Positions 50,213 through 59,998 of a stretch of DNA of 64,000 bases are shown here, one piece after another. The notes below the pieces were generated by a model, which was not told the origin of the DNA, searched no databases, and was given only the letters and a program-made list of their open reading frames with translations. The translations under genes were made by a program, and so were the position numbers. Origin of the DNA: an uncultured Thermoprotei archaeon (lineage in GTDB: Archaea; Thermoproteota; Thermoprotei; Thermofilales; B15-G2); NCBI GenBank assembly GCA_965367815.1, contig CBDUKN010000005.1, forward strand, positions 64,001 through 128,000, given 5' to 3'. How positions within the stretch are numbered: position 1 is the first letter of the stretch; each line of letters starts with the position of its first letter.

Positions 50213-51016
50213 TTGTCCGAGAAAATATCTTTCGGTATAAGTGTACTAGACACTATAGTAAAAGAAGGCTACCCCAGAAAAAGTTTAGTGCTTTTAGTAG
50301 GTGAAGGAGGTATAGGAAAATCAGTGTTCTTAGTGCTTCTCGCAAAACATAGACTTAGTTTAAACGAGCCTGCACTTTATGTGTGCTTAGATAATGATCC
50401 CTCGTCAGTGGCCGAGACTTTTGAAAGCTTCGAAGTGAATGTAGATTATTACGTTAAAAAGGGCTTACTAGGGTTCATTGACTGCTACTCTTTTAGAATA
50501 AGCACAGTTTACAGAGAAAACTACAGCTATGTTCTGAAAGTAGCGGACCCAAGGGATTTAAACTACTTGTCGCAGGTAATAGTAGAAGCTGTAGCCGAGT
50601 TGTCTATGAATAATAGGGGCTGTGTTCTAATAGATTCTTTAAATGAAATATTCCTCTATAATGATCTTACAAGAGTATCAGATTTTTTGAAGGAAGTGAG
50701 ATATGTTGTGGCTAGGCACTACGGAGCCTCTATTTTTGCGACAATACATGTTGGTTTAAGCAAATGGGAGGAGCTTAGATCTATGATAGAGCACTTAGCA
50801 GACGGTATTGTGGAATTTCGCTTAGAGCCTTCGCTTAGTGAAGCAGGTATTTGTATTAGACAAATAAGGGTAAAGAAAATGAGAGGAACACCCCACGATA
50901 TGAATTGGTATAGCTTTACTATTACGAAAGAAGGTGTGGTTCCTCTGAAAGTAAAAATAAAATACAGCGAGGATAATAGTTCTAAAAGAGATGATGAGAA
51001 GGCTAAGCGCGGATAA
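50213..51016 (+). CDS. KaiC/RAD55-family ATPase
   Basis: GEGGIGKS, VLIDSL, ADG, KMRG. Confidence 0.88.
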   Translation: MSEKISFGISVLDTIVKEGYPRKSLVLLVGEGGIGKSVFLVLLAKHRLSLNEPALYVCLDNDPSSVAETFESFEVNVDYYVKKGLLGFIDCYSFRISTVYRENYSYVLKVADPRDLNYLSQVIVEAVAELSMNNRGCVLIDSLNEIFLYNDLTRVSDFLKEVRYVVARHYGASIFATIHVGLSKWEELRSMIEHLADGIVEFRLEPSLSEAGICIRQIRVKKMRGTPHDMNWYSFTITKEGVVPLKVKIKYSEDNSSKRDDEKAKRG

Positions 51017-51039
51017 ATGAAGTAGCCGGTGCTCTCTGA
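50991..51039 (+). ncRNA. Box C/D guide sRNA overlapping KaiC-like gene 3' end, predicted tRNA-targeting
   Basis: ATGATGA-gaaggctaagcg-CGGA-taa-ATGAAGT-agccggtgctct-CTGA. Confidence 0.7.
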
Positions 51040-51106
51040 TCAAAATGCTGTATATTTGCTTTGATTTCTGAAAAAAGAGTAGGCCGAAGTTACATTAGAA
51101 ATTGCT

Positions 51107-51967
51107 ATGAGAAGAAGTAGTCTTAAATTTCTGCTAGAAAATGTCACTAACATGAGCAAGATAGAGGAATTCGCTCAAAAATACTTGTTTTCATTAAACT
51201 ATTCCAAAGTAACTGAAAAAATAGTGGCTTTTATTAAAAGGTGTTTTGAGGAAGCAGGTGTAGAAAAAGCTGTAGTAGGTGTTAGCGGAGGAGTAGATTC
51301 TTCAACTACGTTGATGCTTACAGTAAAAGCACTAGGCTCTGAGAATGTAATAGCGCTGATAATGCCTCATGAAGGTATTACTCCTCAAGAAGACGTAGAA
51401 GATGCTAGAAGCATTGTAAAGAAAGTTGACGTGACATTCTACGAGATTGAAATCTCTAGAATAGCTAAAACTTTCAAGAAGTCGCTTAAAGAAAGAGGAA
51501 TTGAGTTAGAGAAGAAAGCTTACGGAAATATTTTGGCCAGAACTAGAATGATTCTACTTTATGCTGTAGCTAACCAGCTTAATGGAATGGTTGTTGGAAC
51601 AGGAGACAAAAGCGAAATACTGCTAGGCTACTTCACGAAGTACGGCGACGGCGGAGTCGACATACTGCCTATAGGATGTCTCTATAAAACGCAAGTAAGG
51701 CTTTTAGCAAAATACCTTGGTGTACCTGAGAAAATAGCATTTAAGCCCAGCAGCCCGCGCCTATGGCCCGGCCAGACGGCTGAAGGAGAACTGGGCTTCA
51801 CTTATAGGGAAGTAGACCCTGTTCTCTATGCACTCTTCGAGTTAAAGTATCCTCCAGAAAAAGTAGTCGAAGAACTCGAAGTAGATCCTAGGCTCGTTAA
51901 ACGGGTTTTAGAGCTACATAAAGGAAGCGAGCATAAAAGAAGACTCCCGCCAGTACCTTCTCTCTAG
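51107..51967 (+). CDS. nadE: NH3-dependent NAD+ synthetase
   Basis: GVSGGVDS, NILARTRM, GYFTKYGDG, LYKTQV; true start possibly 51152. Confidence 0.94.
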   Translation: MRRSSLKFLLENVTNMSKIEEFAQKYLFSLNYSKVTEKIVAFIKRCFEEAGVEKAVVGVSGGVDSSTTLMLTVKALGSENVIALIMPHEGITPQEDVEDARSIVKKVDVTFYEIEISRIAKTFKKSLKERGIELEKKAYGNILARTRMILLYAVANQLNGMVVGTGDKSEILLGYFTKYGDGGVDILPIGCLYKTQVRLLAKYLGVPEKIAFKPSSPRLWPGQTAEGELGFTYREVDPVLYALFELKYPPEKVVEELEVDPRLVKRVLELHKGSEHKRRLPPVPSL

Positions 51968-52023
51968 AATTTTCTGTAAACGATTTTTCGTAATAAGTTA
52001 ACTATATCTTTATTTCAACTTAG

Positions 52024-53685
52024 TTGAGTATTGTGGACGAGGAGTATCTCAACTACTATAGGTGGCTTTACAGTATCTACAGCAGAAAGTTCAGTAACCC
52101 TGAGAAAGTTTTATCAGCTCATATAATGGAGTTTGTTGAGAAAGGGTATTCTTTAGAGGAAGCGTTAAAGGAACTATATAAAAGAGCTTACGTGAGTATT
52201 TATCTTCCTTCACTGAGCATAAGCGAGCTCCTTGAACTTTCTTGGAACAGACTTAAGAGAAATCCTGTTCTCTCAATTCCCGTTTTATTTAGTGAAGCAG
52301 CTCCGGCTCTTTCGACTTTAGCCGTATTGTTGATTATATTGGCTTTATTAACCTATTTCAGGCAAATAGGAGTGTTCAGTGAAATCATTAACGGGATCAT
52401 GAGGGGAGAGTATGAGGTTTTTCTAAAGCCGGAAGTTCTCAATGCAATTCTAGTAGCGCTAGTACCCGTCGGCCTAGCTGTTATTGTCTTCTATACATTA
52501 GGTCAGTCTACATGTGCTTCATTTATCTATTCATTAGCAGAAGACTCTCTTAAGAGGGGGTATTGTAAGCTTGAAGAAATTTGGAGTAAAGCTGTAAAGA
52601 ATTTACCGAGAGTTTTCATAGCAATTCTCATGAAAAACTTAGTTGTATACGTCATTCCGATATCTTGTTTCTTAGCCTTCATCTTCTTGGGCTTAAAGTA
52701 CTTAGATATGCTTGCCTTAATTCTTTCTACTCTCATGTTTCTTTTCGCCATAATACTGTACATTATTGCAGCAGAGGTAGCTCTGATATATGTTGAACCC
52801 AGTATTGTAATAGGGTCGCGGGACGCTATTGAAGCATTTAAAGAAAGTATTTTGCTTGTGCGCCAGAATATTTCGAAGGCTCTCGGGTACTTTTTACTCC
52901 AAGTACTAGTGGGAATAATTATTGGAAGTATATCAGGAGCACTGAGCAATTTTCACATACTTTTCTCAGAAGCAGCGACACTTATTCTACTTCTCATAGT
53001 ACGCCCTATTTTCGCGGTATGCTTGGCAGGAATATACATGTCTCTCACAGGGCGAGTATTCAATGCTACACGCTTAACTGAGCCGAAGCTACTGCTAGTA
53101 GCCGGTAAACTAATGGGAAGAGGGCTCAAAGAGCTAGTCGAATTAATGAAAAAACCTCGATGGATTGTAGCGGCGTCAGCTATTTTCTTGCTCGGAGCTG
53201 TAGGAGGCTTCGGTTTAGCTCAAATAGGTTTAAAAGAAATTCTTTCTCAAAGCGTAGGCTTAGGTAAAGGAAAAATATTTAAAGAGTACTTTGCGCTATC
53301 TATTTTCACTGACATTTTCTTCCACAACTGGAGAATTGCGGCATTTACTACAGTTTCAGGTATTTTTACTTACGCGGCACCGTTCTCTATAGCTCTCTTC
53401 AACGGCATGATTATTGGAGCTATAGCTGCAGTAATGCCTCTCTTAGACCTAGCAATAGGAATAATGCCTCACGGAATAATAGAGATACCAGGCTTTCTTC
53501 TGGCGACTGCAGCAGGACTACGGCTGGCATATAAAATGTATACAGGAGAGAATAGAGCAGAAGAAGTAAAGAAAGCGGCTTATGTGGCCTTAGGACTCAT
53601 ACCTATTTTCGCTACAGCGGCTTTCATTGAAGCTTTTGTGACGCCGCTCATAATAGACATCTACTTGAAGAGTTTTTGCTTATAG
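52024..53685 (+). CDS. Membrane protein with C-terminal SpoIIM domain
   Basis: IFFHN, FNG, PHGIIEIP, AAFIEAFVTP. Confidence 0.85.
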   Translation: MSIVDEEYLNYYRWLYSIYSRKFSNPEKVLSAHIMEFVEKGYSLEEALKELYKRAYVSIYLPSLSISELLELSWNRLKRNPVLSIPVLFSEAAPALSTLAVLLIILALLTYFRQIGVFSEIINGIMRGEYEVFLKPEVLNAILVALVPVGLAVIVFYTLGQSTCASFIYSLAEDSLKRGYCKLEEIWSKAVKNLPRVFIAILMKNLVVYVIPISCFLAFIFLGLKYLDMLALILSTLMFLFAIILYIIAAEVALIYVEPSIVIGSRDAIEAFKESILLVRQNISKALGYFLLQVLVGIIIGSISGALSNFHILFSEAATLILLLIVRPIFAVCLAGIYMSLTGRVFNATRLTEPKLLLVAGKLMGRGLKELVELMKKPRWIVAASAIFLLGAVGGFGLAQIGLKEILSQSVGLGKGKIFKEYFALSIFTDIFFHNWRIAAFTTVSGIFTYAAPFSIALFNGMIIGAIAAVMPLLDLAIGIMPHGIIEIPGFLLATAAGLRLAYKMYTGENRAEEVKKAAYVALGLIPIFATAAFIEAFVTPLIIDIYLKSFCL

Positions 53686-54938
53686 TACTTCCTAGCGTCC
53701 AAAATAAGTGTAGCTAAAGCAACTGTAGCAAGTATAATTGATAAAATAAGTGCTGCTCTTAGAACATCTTTATTTACGGGTTCTTCCTTAAGTATGTATT
53801 TACGGTAATGTATTAAAGTTTTTTTAAGAGCAATAGCATTTAGTTTAAGTACACTACTGAGCTCTTTTCCTGGAGTAGGATTGAAATACTCGTATATGTC
53901 TTTGAAAATCACTACTGAATCTTTTCTAAGTAAGTGTTTCTTATACCAGGAGTAGTCTGCGAAACGACCGTATATCTCTACAGTTATAGCGAGTATATGG
54001 TATTCGTAGAGCATGTAGTCCATGAATTCTCCGTAGCTCAAATATAGTTTAGAGGACTGAAGAATAGGATACTTTGTTACATTTGAGTACACGAGACAAA
54101 TGTCTTTAAATAAGTCTTCGTCAGGAGGAGGGTCTCTAGTATAGCTCCAGGGATATAAAACTAATTTAGCTCCGCTGTGATAGCTTACTGCAAGTATTAT
54201 ACTGTACTTGTATTTTTCTATAAGCGAAATAAGCGCTCTTGTTTCAGGTTCGCTCAGAGGACTAGGACCTCTATACTGCAGAGAACTCTTAACTTTTATT
54301 CCTCTATCCCACATAAAGGGATAGTTTCTATTTAAGTCTACTCCACCAATCCAGTCTTCGTTAAGTTTACCGTCTCCATCGTCGTCTATTCCTTCAAACC
54401 ATACATGGGACCCGCTCCTGTATAGAACTATACAATGGTCTCCATTAACGTCCTGTGGGGGGTCCTCGTCTATTAGACCGTCTCCATCGTCGTCTACTGG
54501 GCGACAGTTTTTTCTATGCCAAGGATTAATGAATGCTACTTCATATCCATCAGGATTTAGGAGAGGCACTATAATAAAGGAGTAGTGGTGGAGGAGTTTT
54601 CTAAAAGATTCGTTTGTTAGAAGAAGCCACGTGAAGTATAGTGGAAATTGCGCAGAAACATGTTCTCTTCCATGGTGTCCTCCTACAATCAATATAATGG
54701 GCTTTCTACCTACATCACCCACCAAGATAGCGTAAATAGATCTATTCTGCCAGCTATGCCCTATGACTATAACTTTTGCTTCTTTAAACGAGTTAAAGTA
54801 GAGTACTATTTTTTCGAAGTTCTTATAGTGATAGTATTGTGAAAAGTCTACAGGCAAAGGAGCTACTGAAGGTATTAGAAGAGCAAGCACCGTAGCTAAG
54901 CAGGTAATTCTAGTTCTCCTGTTCAGTTTAGGGAACAC
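53661..54938 (-). CDS. M14 zinc carboxypeptidase, secreted/membrane-anchored
   Basis: HGRE, NPDG, RKN, GVDLNRNY, SEPET, SYHS; DDDGDG Ca-type loops. Confidence 0.9.
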   Translation of the reverse strand: MFPKLNRRTRITCLATVLALLIPSVAPLPVDFSQYYHYKNFEKIVLYFNSFKEAKVIVIGHSWQNRSIYAILVGDVGRKPIILIVGGHHGREHVSAQFPLYFTWLLLTNESFRKLLHHYSFIIVPLLNPDGYEVAFINPWHRKNCRPVDDDGDGLIDEDPPQDVNGDHCIVLYRSGSHVWFEGIDDDGDGKLNEDWIGGVDLNRNYPFMWDRGIKVKSSLQYRGPSPLSEPETRALISLIEKYKYSIILAVSYHSGAKLVLYPWSYTRDPPPDEDLFKDICLVYSNVTKYPILQSSKLYLSYGEFMDYMLYEYHILAITVEIYGRFADYSWYKKHLLRKDSVVIFKDIYEYFNPTPGKELSSVLKLNAIALKKTLIHYRKYILKEEPVNKDVLRAALILSIILATVALATLILDARKYYKQKLFK

Positions 54939-54995
54939 AGTAGCAGATAAGAGCAGAGCTTAGATATTTTTACCTGTACCACTAGTAATAGTCAG

Positions 54996-55313
54996 ATGCC
55001 AAGAATTCTAGACACACAGTTCACAGAGAAGCTCTTCGAAAAAGCAGAGAAATTAATAGAAGAAGGTAGAATATGCCAAGTCAGCAAGTATATGTTCTAT
55101 GTCATAGGTTTTCACGGAAAGTACTTTGTAAGTGTATCAGAGCAGGGAATTAAATGCAATTGTGAAGGCTTCAAAAGAAGACGAGTGTGTTCACATGCAG
55201 TAGCAGTGCTTCTCTACTTACTTAGAGAAGATTATAAAGAGAAACTAAGTCAGGCTCTACGCAAGAGACTTGAAGAAAGCTTAGAGTTAGTAAAGCGTGG
55301 AGCAGTTCCCTAA
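54996..55313 (+). CDS. SWIM zinc-finger protein
   Basis: CNC...CSH. Confidence 0.82.
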   Translation: MPRILDTQFTEKLFEKAEKLIEEGRICQVSKYMFYVIGFHGKYFVSVSEQGIKCNCEGFKRRRVCSHAVAVLLYLLREDYKEKLSQALRKRLEESLELVKRGAVP

Positions 55314-55350
55314 TACTAAAGAATATATCGGCTAAAAGAATGATATTGAC

Positions 55351-55767
55351 ATGACCGAGATCTGTTCCCGCTCCATACTTGTAGAGAAGTATAGGAGTAT
55401 AGTAGATAATCAGAGAGGACATTCGTTAGTTCTTGACCTACCTAGAGAACAGGAAGGAGACGATACAGGTCCTACAGCGCTAGAGCTCTGCGTTATGAGT
55501 TTAGCTGGCTGTATTTCGACAATATACGCTGTTACAGCAAATAAAATGAGAATGCCTATTGAGTACCTTGAAGTAATTATAGAGGCGGAGAAAAACCCTG
55601 AAATAGGCACAATAGGAAAAGTCAAGACTTTAGTTAGAGTTAAAACAAGTGCTCCAGAAGAGCGAGCTAAAAAGGCACTTGAAATTACTTTGAGAAATTG
55701 TCCTGTAGGAATTCTCTTTAAGAGAGCTGGAGTAGAAGCAGAGTACTCTATTGAATTAATAAAATAG
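55351..55767 (+). CDS. OsmC family protein
   Basis: GPTALEL...AGC, CPV. Confidence 0.88.
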   Translation: MTEICSRSILVEKYRSIVDNQRGHSLVLDLPREQEGDDTGPTALELCVMSLAGCISTIYAVTANKMRMPIEYLEVIIEAEKNPEIGTIGKVKTLVRVKTSAPEERAKKALEITLRNCPVGILFKRAGVEAEYSIELIK

Positions 55768-55807
55768 AGCCGAAACTCATTTACTCTCACTAATCTGCTT
55801 TTTCTCT

Positions 55808-57238
55808 ATGAGTAAAAAGCGAAATGTTATTTTCATAGTATCGGACACTTTCAGAAGAGATCACTTAAGATGCTACGGAAACACTTGGATTAAAACAAAG
55901 TATCTCGAAGAATTTGCGTCAAAATCTATAATATTTGACAGAGCCTACTGCGCTTCTTTTCCTACAGTTCCGGCTCGTCGCGACATATTCACTGGACGCT
56001 ACACTTACACGTACGCGGGCTGGGAGCCTCTCAGGCCAGATGATAGAGTAATAGCGGAAATGTTAAGGGAGGCAGGAATATTAACGTACCTAATAGCTGA
56101 TACACCGCATTTCCTTAGGGATGGATACAACTTCCAGAGAGGATTTCATGGATGGATGTGGATCAGAGGGCAAGAGAACGACCTCTACTTAGTTTCGCCA
56201 GGAAAAATGAAATTTCCCTGTGATCCAAGCAAGCTAAGAAGCCCAGATTTCACTGTAGTACAGTACCTCAGAAATATTTCGCTTAGACGCTATGAGAGCG
56301 ACTTCTTTGTAGCTCAAACAATGACTGAGGCAGTTAAGTGGCTTGAAAGAAACTATGGGCGCCAAGGCTTTTTCCTTTATATAGACACATTCGACCCTCA
56401 CGAACCATGGGACCCGCCAAAGTGGTACATAGAAATGTACGATCCTGGCTACTCGGGCGAAGAGGTAATTTACCCGAGATATGATTACTGCGACTACCTG
56501 ACTGAAGAAGAATTGAAGCATGTAAGAGCACTATATGCAGCAGAAGTAACTCTAGTAGATAGGTGGTTCGGGTATCTCTACCAGAAAATAGAGGACATGG
56601 GTCTACTCGATAACACAATGATAATATTCACAACAGACCACGGCTTCTTACTGGGCGAACACAATATTGTAGGCAAATCAATTATCAGAGGAAAAGAATT
56701 TTCCTTTATACCTCTGTATGAAGAAATAGCACGAATACCTCTAATAATCTACCACCCTGAAATAGAGGGAGGCAAGAGAGTAGATGCAATAGTACAGCTA
56801 CCAGACCTAGTACCTACAATACTAGAGTTCTTTGGAGTAAAAATACCTGAAATAGTCGAAGGTATGTCGCTAATACCACTAATGAAAGGCGAAGTAGAGG
56901 AAATACACGAATTCGCTGTATCGTCTCCAACAATTAAAGGAGGACCTGTAGCAAACAAATGCACTACTATAAGCACTAAGAAGTGGAGCCTTATTTTCAG
57001 CGGAAAACCAGTAGAAAAAACCACTGAAATAAGAGACGTAGACAGCTTAGCAAAGAAGGCCAAGAAAACAGAAAAAATCAGAATAGAGCTTTACGACCTA
57101 GAAAAAGACCCTAAGCAAGAAAATAACATAGCTGAAGAAAACATGGACGTCGTACGTGAACTAATACACAAGTACATAGACTTCCTAAGAAAGCTCAAAG
57201 TTCCAGAAGAATTAATTAAACCATGGATGATAGTTTAA
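55808..57238 (+). CDS. Sulfatase-like hydrolase (alkaline phosphatase superfamily)
   Basis: SDTFRRD, TVPAR, DPHEPW, TDHG, ELYDL..DP. Confidence 0.88.
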   Translation: MSKKRNVIFIVSDTFRRDHLRCYGNTWIKTKYLEEFASKSIIFDRAYCASFPTVPARRDIFTGRYTYTYAGWEPLRPDDRVIAEMLREAGILTYLIADTPHFLRDGYNFQRGFHGWMWIRGQENDLYLVSPGKMKFPCDPSKLRSPDFTVVQYLRNISLRRYESDFFVAQTMTEAVKWLERNYGRQGFFLYIDTFDPHEPWDPPKWYIEMYDPGYSGEEVIYPRYDYCDYLTEEELKHVRALYAAEVTLVDRWFGYLYQKIEDMGLLDNTMIIFTTDHGFLLGEHNIVGKSIIRGKEFSFIPLYEEIARIPLIIYHPEIEGGKRVDAIVQLPDLVPTILEFFGVKIPEIVEGMSLIPLMKGEVEEIHEFAVSSPTIKGGPVANKCTTISTKKWSLIFSGKPVEKTTEIRDVDSLAKKAKKTEKIRIELYDLEKDPKQENNIAEENMDVVRELIHKYIDFLRKLKVPEELIKPWMIV

Positions 57239-57448
57239 GCAGATTAGCTGCTTAGGCAATATTGATTTATTTTTACTTACTTAAACTTATAGAAAATAGC
57301 CTAGAAAACAGTCTTAGGCGTAAGTAGAAGCTTTTCCAAATAAAATGTAGTGAAGTATTTTTTCTTAAACAAAAAGTCCGTCGTGTATTAAAGAAATATG
57401 AAGAACATGAAGCTTAATTAAAGAAACAATAAGTTCAGTTCCAGAAGG

Positions 57449-57498
57449 TCAGCAAGGGGGTTATCTTCACTAATCTGTGTTCACGGCCGTTTCATCAT
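57449..57498 (-). ncRNA. Box C/D guide sRNA
   Basis: Minus strand ATGATGA-aacggccgtgaaca-CAGA-tta-GTGAAGA-taacccccttg-CTGA. Confidence 0.8.
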
Positions 57499-57567
57499 GC
57501 AGATGATGTTATCCGTCCTTCTTAATATTTTTTTCTATTTTTGAAGAAATAGTGAAAGATGGAATAT

Positions 57568-58227
57568 TTATTTAGTTTTTCTCAGTTCTTCTACAAGTTT
57601 TTTAGCTACTTCAACTGCTTTAACAGCATCTTCTGCATATCCATCTGCGCCTATTTCTTTAGCGAATTCTTCTGTTATAGGTGCTCCGCCGATAAGTACT
57701 TTGAATTTATCTCTAATGCCCTTTTCTTTGAGAAGGTCTATTACTTTTTTCATATTGAGCATAGTTGTTGTCAAGAGGGCTGACATAGCTATTATGTCTG
57801 CGTTTACTTCTAGTGCTTTTTCAACAAATTTTTCTGCAGGAACATCTACGCCTAAGTCGTGTACTTCAAATCCTCCTGCTTCAAGCATTGTAGCTACAAT
57901 GCTTTTACCTATATCGTGTAAGTCTCCTTCAACTGTACCTATAACTACTACTCCTATTGGTTTGAGAGTCTTTCTTTCTTTGAGTAGTAGGGGTTTCATT
58001 ATTTCCATACATTCTTTAAATGCTTCGGCGGCAGTAACTAGTTCTGCCAAGAAGTATTCTCCTTTCTCAAAGAGGTCTCCTACTTCCTTCATTGCTGGCG
58101 ACAAAGCCTTATCTATTATTTCTAGAGGAGGTATTCCTTGGTCAAGTGCCTTTTTAACTAATTCTACAACTTTGTCATATTCAAGCTGAACTAAACTCTC
58201 TTTAATTTCTTGAAGTACATCGCTCAT
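57568..58227 (-). CDS. Methyltransferase cognate corrinoid protein (MtbC/MttC-like)
   Basis: GDLHDIGK, DLGVDV, MSALLTTTM, GGAP. Confidence 0.92.
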   Translation of the reverse strand: MSDVLQEIKESLVQLEYDKVVELVKKALDQGIPPLEIIDKALSPAMKEVGDLFEKGEYFLAELVTAAEAFKECMEIMKPLLLKERKTLKPIGVVVIGTVEGDLHDIGKSIVATMLEAGGFEVHDLGVDVPAEKFVEKALEVNADIIAMSALLTTTMLNMKKVIDLLKEKGIRDKFKVLIGGAPITEEFAKEIGADGYAEDAVKAVEVAKKLVEELRKTK

Positions 58228-58299
58228 ACTTTTTTAAATTTTCTCTAAAGTATTAAAGAGTTTCCGCTTGACTTATAGGTCTTCGAGAAAACATTAACA

Positions 58300-59994
58300 T
58301 TAGTTATTGAAGTCGAGTAGAGATTTCTGCTTGTTTGTCTCTACTAGTGTAGTTTGTTCGGGCGGCGATGGTATGACTATTTCTGTCATATACTCTGTGC
58401 TCCAGGCTTCTCTGTAATCTATGTCTTTTCCTCCAAGTTCTTCGTGGAACACTTCTTTGAACGAGAATATCTTGACTAGCGCTGGCAGAGGCAGCATGGG
58501 TCCTGAAACAAGTGCTTCGCCTGTTTGTAGTCCTGGTAGGCTTTCAACAGTATCCCGTGTAACGTCTTCCATACTTCTGAGAATGTGTTCTTGGTCACTT
58601 GGGTTAACCGTTCTGAGCGCGATGAGGTTTCCGCACTGAGCTAGCAGTGTCTGCGAGAGTTCACGTGGTCTCTGCGAGACTACTAGGAGCGATACTCCGA
58701 ATTTTCTTCCCTCTTTAGCTATTTTCTCTACTATTTGTTTAGAGGGAGACCATCCTACTGGAGCATATATATGTGCTTCTTCTAGCACTACTAGTGTTGC
58801 TACTCTTTCTCCTCGGAATCTTTGTTCAACAGCTATTCGCCAGAGTGCTCTAAGTAAGGCTGAGACAATGCTTGCTTGAACTTCAGATGAGAGGCCGCCT
58901 AACGCTATAATATTGAGTCCCGGGTCTAGTAATGAGCGAGCGAAGTCTCCGTAGACCTGGAAACTTGCCTTAACTTCATCTGTTTTCTTCGCGTAGTCGC
59001 TAAACTTGTCTTCAAGGTACTCGGCCCTTGTCATGAAGTACAGCTCTCTTTCTTCACTTAAGTCCTCTATTTTAAGGCAGAGGTCTTCGGCAGACCTATC
59101 CCGAGTCCTGCCCGAGCCTCCGGCGTTAATTACAGCTATTTTAAGTTCTTCTAAAGTGAAGTGTATTGGATCATCTGCTGTAAGATCGTAGCCTTTTTCT
59201 CTATAACGCTCGACTCTCAGTGTTTTTAGGGCTTGACGAAGATAGAGTCTCTGCTTAGTAGCTCTAGGATCAAGGCCTAAAATATTGTATATTTCCTCTA
59301 CTCCGAGAATCCAGAGAGGCACTTCTAGCGGAATAGGGTCTACTTGATACTGTGCTTTAATTAAGTCAGTTACTTTGCCTTTAGGCGCAAGTACTCTGAC
59401 GTTGTTGCTTATTCTAGCTAACGGTATGTACTCGCTGTGAGTATCTACAATAATTATTCGGGGGTTCTTGAAGTGCTTAAGGAGTGATGCAATTAGCACA
59501 GCTACGGTATTGGATTTGCCGGCGCCTGTCATAGCTAGTACAGCTGTGTGTCTAGTGCACATCCCATTAACATCGATCTTGATTTCGACGTTAGGACTTG
59601 ATGAGAGAACTCCTATACTCACGTCTCCTTTATCAAAAATAGACTGAAGTTCTTCTTTAGAAACTAAATATACTTTTTCGCCAGGCTTAGGTAAAATAGG
59701 CACACCTTTAGAGACAGTTTGTCCAGAAAGATAGCCCGTTATATGAACTGTCATCTCGTTCCTAGCAGGCCTAAATTCCTCATAGCCTTCAAGCTCCTCT
59801 ATTATTCTAGCTCTTCGATAAAGCTCGTCGAGCATATTGAAGCCTACTATCATACCGTAAAGTGTTGTTGAGCCGTCTGCTCCAGCCATTTTAACGTAAA
59901 CACCGGGCCTAGCTACTTCGGGAAGGAGATGATCGGGTACAGATATCTTGACTATATTTCGCCCATATACTCCGATAACTCTACCTATCTCCAT
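58300..59994 (-). CDS. herA: HerA-family helicase/ATPase
   Basis: HAS-barrel-like N-terminus, AMTGAGKSNT, DTHSEY, LEEAH, EGRKFG, SQRP. Confidence 0.88.
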   Translation of the reverse strand: MEIGRVIGVYGRNIVKISVPDHLLPEVARPGVYVKMAGADGSTTLYGMIVGFNMLDELYRRARIIEELEGYEEFRPARNEMTVHITGYLSGQTVSKGVPILPKPGEKVYLVSKEELQSIFDKGDVSIGVLSSSPNVEIKIDVNGMCTRHTAVLAMTGAGKSNTVAVLIASLLKHFKNPRIIIVDTHSEYIPLARISNNVRVLAPKGKVTDLIKAQYQVDPIPLEVPLWILGVEEIYNILGLDPRATKQRLYLRQALKTLRVERYREKGYDLTADDPIHFTLEELKIAVINAGGSGRTRDRSAEDLCLKIEDLSEERELYFMTRAEYLEDKFSDYAKKTDEVKASFQVYGDFARSLLDPGLNIIALGGLSSEVQASIVSALLRALWRIAVEQRFRGERVATLVVLEEAHIYAPVGWSPSKQIVEKIAKEGRKFGVSLLVVSQRPRELSQTLLAQCGNLIALRTVNPSDQEHILRSMEDVTRDTVESLPGLQTGEALVSGPMLPLPALVKIFSFKEVFHEELGGKDIDYREAWSTEYMTEIVIPSPPEQTTLVETNKQKSLLDFNN

Positions 59995-59998
59995 GAAT

